Assembly (NCBI GenBank): GCA_964418775.1
Contig: CAYQNA010000001.1
Location: forward strand, 64,446 to 128,445
DNA length: 64,000 nt
Reading direction: 5' to 3'
DNA from: an uncultured Gammaproteobacteria bacterium
GTDB taxonomy: Bacteria; Patescibacteriota; Patescibacteriia; Magasanikbacterales; UBA922
Each line of letters starts with the position of its first letter. Position 1 is the first letter of the stretch. This document shows positions 57,184 to 64,000 of the stretch, piece after piece. Under the pieces are notes generated by a model. The model saw nothing but the letters and a program-made list of their open reading frames with translations, ran no database searches and was not told where the DNA came from. A program made the translations under genes and the position numbers.

Positions 57184-59160
57184 TTACAGACCTTTCAAAG
57201 CTTCCTTGGCAGCGTGGAGAGCAGTGATGCGCTCAGCCGTAATACCTGGGTCTTCGTGGATGTTGATAATCTTGTCAGCCAACAAGGCGCGAGCTTGGGC
57301 TGGAGTACTTTCGCTTAAAGCTGCGCGTACATCCTTTGGTAAAGCCTTCAAATACCGTTCTGCATCAGCACCAAATTTATTGTTTAAACTGCTTTCAATT
57401 TGGGACATTAAACCACCGCTTGGTTCAGCCACTTCAGCTTGCCTTGCAGCGCGTTCAGCTTTTACACGGTTTGCAATTTCAATTGCCTTGGCTTTGTGAG
57501 CCAGTGCACGCTCTGAAGCAGCTGACTTTGGGGCAAAATCTTTCTTAATAAGACTGGCTAATGCGTTTTTAGGAATCAGGTCATCTGCAATCTTGGCAGC
57601 CTTTGCGCGGTTTTCACGTGCTAAAGCAGCTTCTTTTTTGGCAGCGGCAATGCTCCTGGCAAAACTATCAACTGGCTTAGCCTTGGTGGATTCTTTTTTA
57701 CTTGTTTTCTTGGTAGTTACGATTGGCTTAACTTCGAGTGTGGTTGACTCTGGTTCAGCAAAAACCGGAGCTTTAGCAGCGTCAGGTGGGATTGAATGAT
57801 CTGCAAAAACATCGATCTTAGGTGTGCGACGTGGAGAAGACTCGGTGCGAACGGATTTTTTGGTTGTTCTCAAATCTAATGCCTCGTCAATTGAACGTGC
57901 CTGCGAAACTGTTTCTGCTTCGGCTGAACGAGCTGGGGTATACTCAGTGCGCTCACGACGAGGGCGAGCCGTGGCTTCAACTTCGGCCTTTTGTGGGGCA
58001 ATTGTAATTTCAGGAAATTGATAGAGGCCATCTTGTGTGTCGGCTTGAGTACTTTCTGCTTTTGGGGCAACTGCGCTGACTTTGACAGGTTCACCAATAT
58101 CGCGCGCTTTAGCTTCGTGGCCGCCAACTGTAGCGGCGACCGCTCCAATTGTGGCTAAACCAGCAACACCGCCACCAATACCAGCGGCCCAGTCACCGCT
58201 ATAATCTCGACGAACGCGTCTTTTTGGTGCGGAAGTTGTCTGAGTAATTTTTTGCTCAACACCTGCGGGCAATTCAGCCCTTTGCGGCATTGGGCCAACG
58301 GCAATGGCGTCACGCAAAGTCTGAAGGGAAATAATATTTTGGTATTCACGTGAACTTTTTTGTTTTTCTGCTCTGCGGCCACGACTAAGGAAGTTCATTG
58401 CTTTATTCCAGCCGCCAATTGGTTGTGGATCGCCGTGCAAATCAAGAGTAAATTTACCTTTATTTTCGAAAGCACGAATTGTTTTGTCAATTGCACCCAA
58501 AAGGGCTGGGGTGTTCTGTAAATCAACCTGGCCAGACACAAAGTCAGAGTGCTGGATAGCATCAATTAACTCTTCACTAAGTGCATTCTGAACAGTACCA
58601 GCGTCAATTCCTAACTTGACGAGAGTTGAGTATAGACGTTCGGTGTTGTTTACTGGTATGCGTTTAATCTCACCACGAGCAATTGGGGCACTATACAACT
58701 CAGTTAAAGATGATAAACGGGCGAGACTTTGTTTAACGTTTTCGTAGGTATGGGCCTGTTCGCCAGCTTCGTCTAAAATTAGAGTGTTGTCTGTTTCAAA
58801 GGTAAACCCTAAACTTTCTAAATAGTGACGTTCGGCGGCGGCCATTGGTGCAGCTGCGGCTTTAACCATCTCCCATATATCACGTTCTGTCGGAATTCCG
58901 TCAGCTTCGAGATTGAGCCCGTTTTGGATGCGACGGTACATGGTCATGCGCGCTTCTGGTGGCAGGCCAGTTTTTTCAATCACTGAGAGAATTTTGCGGC
59001 CAACTTTTTCTTCGTCAGTAGCCGCTTCGCGTTTTTGGTTAATTTCTTCGGTGTGTTGCTGTTGATCAGGATTTTCAGCATTCTCAAAACTTTCAGGTTC
59101 TAGCGAGTGGTCCAAGGGTGATTCAATTTTTGGGCTATCAAATTCTGAAGTGTCGCGCAT
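57184..59160 (-). CDS. Large hypothetical protein with a central Gly/Ala hydrophobic segment and low-complexity C-terminal half
   Basis: Likely ATG at 59160; WAAGIGGGVAGLATIGAVAA segment; no recognised family. Confidence 0.65.
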   Translation of the reverse strand: MRDTSEFDSPKIESPLDHSLEPESFENAENPDQQQHTEEINQKREAATDEEKVGRKILSVIEKTGLPPEARMTMYRRIQNGLNLEADGIPTERDIWEMVKAAAAPMAAAERHYLESLGFTFETDNTLILDEAGEQAHTYENVKQSLARLSSLTELYSAPIARGEIKRIPVNNTERLYSTLVKLGIDAGTVQNALSEELIDAIQHSDFVSGQVDLQNTPALLGAIDKTIRAFENKGKFTLDLHGDPQPIGGWNKAMNFLSRGRRAEKQKSSREYQNIISLQTLRDAIAVGPMPQRAELPAGVEQKITQTTSAPKRRVRRDYSGDWAAGIGGGVAGLATIGAVAATVGGHEAKARDIGEPVKVSAVAPKAESTQADTQDGLYQFPEITIAPQKAEVEATARPRRERTEYTPARSAEAETVSQARSIDEALDLRTTKKSVRTESSPRRTPKIDVFADHSIPPDAAKAPVFAEPESTTLEVKPIVTTKKTSKKESTKAKPVDSFARSIAAAKKEAALARENRAKAAKIADDLIPKNALASLIKKDFAPKSAASERALAHKAKAIEIANRVKAERAARQAEVAEPSGGLMSQIESSLNNKFGADAERYLKALPKDVRAALSESTPAQARALLADKIINIHEDPGITAERITALHAAKEALKGL

Positions 59161-59275
59161 AAAATTATGAAGAAAAAAGATTAGGCCAAGTATAGCAAAC
59201 TCCGCAAAATTGAGCAAAGAAATTGTCCACCGGGACTTGCGTTTTTGGGTGGGGAACGATACACTGGTGCCAATT

Positions 59276-60208
59276 ATGTTAGAAGTATTGCCAAAATTAA
59301 TTGTAATTTGCGGGCCAACCGCCAGTGGCAAGACGCAGTGGGGGGTGGACCTGGCGAAGCGGTTCAATGGGACCGTGATTTCGGCTGATTCGCGCCAGAT
59401 TTATAAGAAAATGGCGATTGGCACGGCCCAGCCCGAGGGTGAGTGGCGGCGCAATGGGTTGCGTAAGTCGTTTTTTGTCCAAGATGTGCCGCACCATTTG
59501 ATTGGTTTTTTGGACCCGGGGAAAACTTTTAGCGCGGCTGAGTTTCGTGACCGGGCGCTTAAATATACTAAATTGATTCGACAGGCGGGTAAGGTGCCAA
59601 TGGTTGTGGGCGGCACAGGCTTGTATGTGTCTGCACTCGTGGATAATTTTTCAATTCCGCGTGTGCCAGCAAGTCCCAAGCTGCGGCGGAGTTTGGAGGA
59701 AAAACCATTGCCTGAACTGGTTGCACTATTACAGAAACTAGACCCCGAGGCGGCGGGTGTGATTGATACGCATAATCCACGGCGTTTGGTGCGAGCACTC
59801 GAGGTGTGTATTATGACGGGCGAGCCATTTTCCGCGCAGAAAAAGAAAGGGGCGCCATTGTTTGATGTGTTGCAAATTGGCATTCGCGTGCCGCGTGAGG
59901 TTTTGTATAACCGCATTAATGAGCGGGTGGATGCGATGATGAGGGCCGGGCTTTTGAAGGAAGTGGAAGCGTTATTAAAGCAAAAATACAGTTGGGCCCT
60001 GCCAAGCATGAATGGAATTGGGTATCGCGAATTTCGCGAATATCTGGAGGGGCGTGCAACACTGCCGACTGTGGTCGAAATGATTAAGCAGGATACACGT
60101 CAATACGCGCGTCGCCAGCTTACGTGGTTCAACCGCGATAACCGGGTTGTGTGGTGTGATGATTTTGCCGAAGCGGCGAAGAAAGTTGAACAGTTTTTGG
60201 GTGTGTAG
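59276..60208 (+). CDS. miaA: tRNA dimethylallyltransferase
   Basis: GPTASGKT, ISADSRQIY, VGGTGLY, RRLVRALEV, TRQYARRQ.TWF. Confidence 0.96.
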   Translation: MLEVLPKLIVICGPTASGKTQWGVDLAKRFNGTVISADSRQIYKKMAIGTAQPEGEWRRNGLRKSFFVQDVPHHLIGFLDPGKTFSAAEFRDRALKYTKLIRQAGKVPMVVGGTGLYVSALVDNFSIPRVPASPKLRRSLEEKPLPELVALLQKLDPEAAGVIDTHNPRRLVRALEVCIMTGEPFSAQKKKGAPLFDVLQIGIRVPREVLYNRINERVDAMMRAGLLKEVEALLKQKYSWALPSMNGIGYREFREYLEGRATLPTVVEMIKQDTRQYARRQLTWFNRDNRVVWCDDFAEAAKKVEQFLGV

Positions 60209-60226
60209 TGTGATATAATGGGGGAT

Positions 60227-60922
60227 ATGCCTTTGAATTCGTTACCGCCAATTTTGCCAGTTGCCCGCCCAGGCAGTATGTCTGGTGTGGGTGGTTTTGG
60301 GCGACCGGTTGGACCGACGCCACCGCGCGCACAGAATTTTTCTGTGGCCAAATTGCAACAGACTCGCGACCTGGAAAATTCGCGCGTGTCTATGAACCAG
60401 GCCATGCGTTTGCGCGATGAAAATCGTTCCAGTGGTGCAGTTTCTTCGATTTTCCGCGTGGGACAAGCGAATAATGCGCCAACAACATCAATCAACCGTC
60501 CGGCAGTGGAGCGTGACGCAGCTGGTAGTATGCAAAACGACGCTGGTGCTGACGACCGTCGCTACTCATACGTGCGTCGTTTGATTAAACAGCGTCAGGC
60601 CACGGAAGCGGCCGAAGGCAAGGGCGAAAACTCTGCTTTTGGTGTGCATACGGGTAGTCAATTCCGTGGCAAATTATTACACAAACAATTTGGTAAATTA
60701 ATTCGCGCCAATCGGGCGACATATAACACAATCGGTGCCAAAGAGCGTGCGTTTTTTGAAGATTTGGTTAAAAGCCATGCGGCGCACAAAGCCACAGGCG
60801 CTGGTTTTCATCGCCACGACCGTTTGTCCATGCGTATGGAAGTTGAAAAAGCCCGGCAAGCCGGGCAATTGTCATACATTAACGCGCAACACTTTAAAAA
60901 ACTAATTGACGGCCTGGAGTAA
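60227..60922 (+). CDS. Hypothetical protein
   Basis: TATAAT 7 bp before ATG 60227; no recognised motif. Confidence 0.6.
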   Translation: MPLNSLPPILPVARPGSMSGVGGFGRPVGPTPPRAQNFSVAKLQQTRDLENSRVSMNQAMRLRDENRSSGAVSSIFRVGQANNAPTTSINRPAVERDAAGSMQNDAGADDRRYSYVRRLIKQRQATEAAEGKGENSAFGVHTGSQFRGKLLHKQFGKLIRANRATYNTIGAKERAFFEDLVKSHAAHKATGAGFHRHDRLSMRMEVEKARQAGQLSYINAQHFKKLIDGLE

Positions 60923-62446
60923 TTAGCGCAATTGTTCGCGCAGAAGTTGTTCAGCTACAGCTGGGTCAGCGCTGCCTTCGGTCGCTTTCATGACCATGCC
61001 TTTGAGGAATTGAAGGACAGGCTCTTTGCCGGCTTTGAATTGGGCTACCTGAGCAGGGTAGCTTTTTAGTACATCAGCAATTATCGCGTTCAGTTCGCCT
61101 GCGTCGCTTTTTTGGCCATAGCCCTTGCTTTCCATGAGGTGAGTTGGGTCCATGTTAACGCCAGAGGCAACCATTTCACCCAGCATCTTCAGGCCATTGG
61201 TACTGTTCACGCGCCCCGCGGAAATCAAAGTCAGGAGCTCAGCAAAATTTTCGGCCGAGATTTTTAGATCTTTAATTGTTTCGTTGCGTTCGTTCAAAAT
61301 ACCGAGGAGTTTGCTCGTGATCCAACCACCAGCTAGGCGAGCCACATTGGTTTTTTTGTCTTCGGTTTCGGGTAAGCTGCGCATCCATTCGGCCAGTTCA
61401 CTCATGACTTGATCGGCAAACTGCACGAGCGCGCGGTCTGTGGACAAAAATTCCGCGTCGGCGTACGAAAAACCATGTTCGTCGCGTAGACGCGCACGGC
61501 AAGCAGACGGCAATTCAGGTAAATGGATTTCGCCCGCAATGGCGAGCGGGTGAAATGGGGGAATGTCTGGCTCAGGGAAATAGCGATAGTCTGCCGCGTT
61601 TTCTTTGATACGCTGCATCACGGTTTCGCCTTTGTTATCGTCCCAGCCGCGAGTTTGTTGTGGCCATGGTTCGCCAGCCTCGATCATTTTTGTTTGGCGG
61701 GCAATTTCAAATTGAATCGCTTTTTCCACAGCGCGGAAGGAGTTGATGTTTTTTACCTCGACTTTATTATTTAAAGTAGTGCCGGGCGCAGGCTTAACCA
61801 CACCGTCCTCAATCGTAAAGCTGCCCTCGACTTGTACGGAAACATTGGCCTCCACACGCATCTGACCTTTTTCCATATCAGCGTTGCTCACCCCCAAATA
61901 GCGGAGGAGTTGTTGCAACTCTTGGCCAAATTTTTTGGCTTCAGCCGCACTTTGAAAATCAGGGTCAGTCACAATTTCCACGAGGGGCGCACCCGAGCGA
62001 TTGAAGTTTACATACGTTGTGCCTGCGCTTTCGTGCAAGAGTTTGGCCGTGTCTTCTTCCAAATGCGCGCGCGTAATGCCAATTACGGCCACTTCGCGGA
62101 CATTATCTCCAGGCAAAAAACGGAGCTCGAGCGCACCATGCTCGGCAATTGGTTCGTCGTATTGCGAAATTTGGTATCCCTTTGGTAGGTCTGGGTAAAA
62201 GTAGTGCTTGCGGTCAAACTTAGACAGCTCGCGCACGTGTGCACCTAAAGCCTTGCCAATTTTAACCACACTCGCAATTGCGGCGCGGTTTGGTACAGGC
62301 AAAGTACCTGGGTGAGCCAGGCAAACTGGGCAAACAAGTGTATTTGCCTCCTGAACATCAGGCTGATTGGCACAGCTGCAGAACATTTTACTAGCTGTAG
62401 CCAGCTCCACGTGGATTTCCAAACCAATAATCGGGACAAGTTTCAT
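60923..62446 (-). CDS. gatB: Asp/Glu-tRNA amidotransferase subunit B
   Basis: IGLEIHVEL, FDRKHYFYPDLPKGYQISQ, HLEED, DYRYFPEPD. Confidence 0.97.
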   Translation of the reverse strand: MKLVPIIGLEIHVELATASKMFCSCANQPDVQEANTLVCPVCLAHPGTLPVPNRAAIASVVKIGKALGAHVRELSKFDRKHYFYPDLPKGYQISQYDEPIAEHGALELRFLPGDNVREVAVIGITRAHLEEDTAKLLHESAGTTYVNFNRSGAPLVEIVTDPDFQSAAEAKKFGQELQQLLRYLGVSNADMEKGQMRVEANVSVQVEGSFTIEDGVVKPAPGTTLNNKVEVKNINSFRAVEKAIQFEIARQTKMIEAGEPWPQQTRGWDDNKGETVMQRIKENAADYRYFPEPDIPPFHPLAIAGEIHLPELPSACRARLRDEHGFSYADAEFLSTDRALVQFADQVMSELAEWMRSLPETEDKKTNVARLAGGWITSKLLGILNERNETIKDLKISAENFAELLTLISAGRVNSTNGLKMLGEMVASGVNMDPTHLMESKGYGQKSDAGELNAIIADVLKSYPAQVAQFKAGKEPVLQFLKGMVMKATEGSADPAVAEQLLREQLR

Positions 62447-62480
62447 ATGGGCCTATCCTAGCATGCTAACGCGTATTTGC

Positions 62481-63311
62481 CTAGGACCTGGCCTGGGTTT
62501 TGAGGTTCTCGTAAATAATCACAAGAGGGATAAAACCAATTGGTAAAAAGAAGGCGCTGAGGATCAAAACCACAAAACTGGACAAGAACCAGCTGCCTTG
62601 GAAGTTGATACCGGCAAAGTACCCGACTGGGGTGAGGAATAATAGGGAAATGATACTAACTATGATGGATAAAACAATCGTGTAAGCCAGTGTCCACCAG
62701 AACATTTGCCACCAGCGGCCTTTGAGAATAGAAGAGCTGGTTTTAAGAGCAGCTACACCGCGAGCGCCATCAATTGCAATTGCTGGTGTTACTAAGCTGT
62801 AACGCACACCAAGCCAGATAATTGCCGCTGCGCTCGCAAAGTAAGCCAACATAATGAGTCCTAATTTGCCAGCTGTTGGATATGTCAAAAAATAGAAAAC
62901 ACTAGAGATCATGATTATGGCTGGGATTAATTGCAATAAGGCCAACAACACCGATGTGTAAATGTATGGCCACAAAAGTGTGCGGGCAGTGTGGAGTTCA
63001 TTTACCATGGTTTCGTGTGGTTGACCAAGGTAGGCGCGGCGGATAGCACGGATTAAGGCGATGATAATTAGAATTGAGCCAAGCGCTAAAACCAGGCGTA
63101 AACTAAACATCAAAATTGTCACGGGCATTGGTGGAGCCACTCTTTCGTCGGCGGTGTTCAAAAATTCAGAGCCCAAAAATGTAATTGAGGCAATGAAATA
63201 TAGGGCAAACATGCCGGTTAAACTGATGGCGTACTTGGCCACCAAACCAAAATTTTTAAAATAGGTGCGAAAACTGTGCGCAATAATGTATCCAGCAGAG
63301 AGTTCGGCCAT
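62481..63311 (-). CDS. Multi-pass membrane protein
   Basis: About six TM helices; AL..S..ILKGRWW motif. Confidence 0.7.
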   Translation of the reverse strand: MAELSAGYIIAHSFRTYFKNFGLVAKYAISLTGMFALYFIASITFLGSEFLNTADERVAPPMPVTILMFSLRLVLALGSILIIIALIRAIRRAYLGQPHETMVNELHTARTLLWPYIYTSVLLALLQLIPAIIMISSVFYFLTYPTAGKLGLIMLAYFASAAAIIWLGVRYSLVTPAIAIDGARGVAALKTSSSILKGRWWQMFWWTLAYTIVLSIIVSIISLLFLTPVGYFAGINFQGSWFLSSFVVLILSAFFLPIGFIPLVIIYENLKTQARS

Positions 63312-63316
63312 AGGCT

Positions 63317-64000
63317 TTAATTATCGGTTAAGCGGGGCGCGATTTGGCGCCAAATAAGGTCATGAATAACGTCTTTGGAAAGGAGTTCGCCGCCTGGGGC
63401 ACATTCCACCAGGGTGAATTCGGGAAAGCGCTGCGCCATGTCCAGATAACTGACCTCGGCGGCTTTGAGGTGAGCCATATCTGCTTCGTGAATGTCACGT
63501 TTTTTGCCTTGCAAATACTCCCGGTCATCTTTTTTATCAATGAGTGCGGAGGCAACTTCGGCTGGTACGTGCAAAATTAAATTCACGTCAGGCTTGGGAA
63601 TACCAAAGATAGTATACTCCAAATCACGTACCCAAGCAAAGTATTTAGCGCGTTCGTCGGGGTCAGAAATTTTACCGCCCTGGTGCCCCATGTTTGAACC
63701 AACATAGCGATTGGCAATTACCACTTTGCCTTCGGCTAACCATTGTTTCATTTCGGCGCTGGCAGCGTAACGGTCAGCGGCGTAAAAAATTGACGCGCGG
63801 TACGCCCCAACTTCTTCGGCTGTGCCGTATTTACCGTGCAAATAATCCTCCACCATGGCGGCACTGCGTTCGCCGTAGCGGGGGAAGCTAATGGCTTGTA
63901 CAGCGTGCCCTTCGGTTTTCAAGCGCTCCACCAGCAAATCCGTCTGCGTGCCTTTGCCTGATCCGTCCGTGCCCTCGATCATGATAAATAGGCCTGGCAT
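63317..64000 (-). CDS. tmk: Thymidylate kinase
   Basis: IEGTDGSGKGTQ, SFPRY, YAADR, ANRYVGSN.GHQG, DIHE. Confidence 0.92.
   Translation of the reverse strand: MPGLFIMIEGTDGSGKGTQTDLLVERLKTEGHAVQAISFPRYGERSAAMVEDYLHGKYGTAEEVGAYRASIFYAADRYAASAEMKQWLAEGKVVIANRYVGSNMGHQGGKISDPDERAKYFAWVRDLEYTIFGIPKPDVNLILHVPAEVASALIDKKDDREYLQGKKRDIHEADMAHLKAAEVSYLDMAQRFPEFTLVECAPGGELLSKDVIHDLIWRQIAPRLTDN

Noticed and set aside
1-64000. CRISPR array, rRNA, prophage, IS element, or UGA recoding (code 25)
   Set aside because: No spaced direct repeats, rRNA, phage structural or transposase genes were seen; conserved genes are intact in code 11 and TGA ends ruvC at its expected C-terminus

Overview
Chromosomal segment of a bacterium using genetic code 11. 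Gene content and style (core genes without Shine-Dalgarno sequences, a PilB-type ATPase, a TrmB-like regulator, an orphan MazF, and GWI/GYAW-type surface proteins) suggest a Patescibacteria/CPR organism; this assignment is an inference. Housekeeping genes include recA, ftsK, rpoB, rpoC, truB, yebC, ruvC, rpsO, pnp, thrS, miaA, gatB, tmk and tRNA-Ser(CGA). The stand-out feature is an AT-rich island of about 8 kb (26581-34582) made of two divergent operons. It encodes three truncated class II aminoacyl-tRNA-synthetase paralogues (AsnRS/AsnA-like, AlaRS-like and archaeal-type ThrRS-like), an MccF-type S66 peptidase, an APH-like kinase, an orphan PurD-like ATP-grasp ligase, a HAD phosphatase and an NMP-kinase-like P-loop protein. 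It is a candidate pathway for making or detoxifying an aminoacyl-nucleoside/aminoacyl-adenylate-mimic compound. Other notable signals are a very compact T-box riboswitch on thrS, a pseudoknot leader on rpsO, a DnaA-box cluster upstream of rpoB at a gene-orientation switch, a promoter-driven small RNA converging on an orphan MazF, GC-rich Shine-Dalgarno-led cassettes with structured ends (one next to an anti-SD-like RNA element), and an unannotated 43-aa cationic peptide. All assignments come from reading motifs by eye; no searches or folding programs were run.
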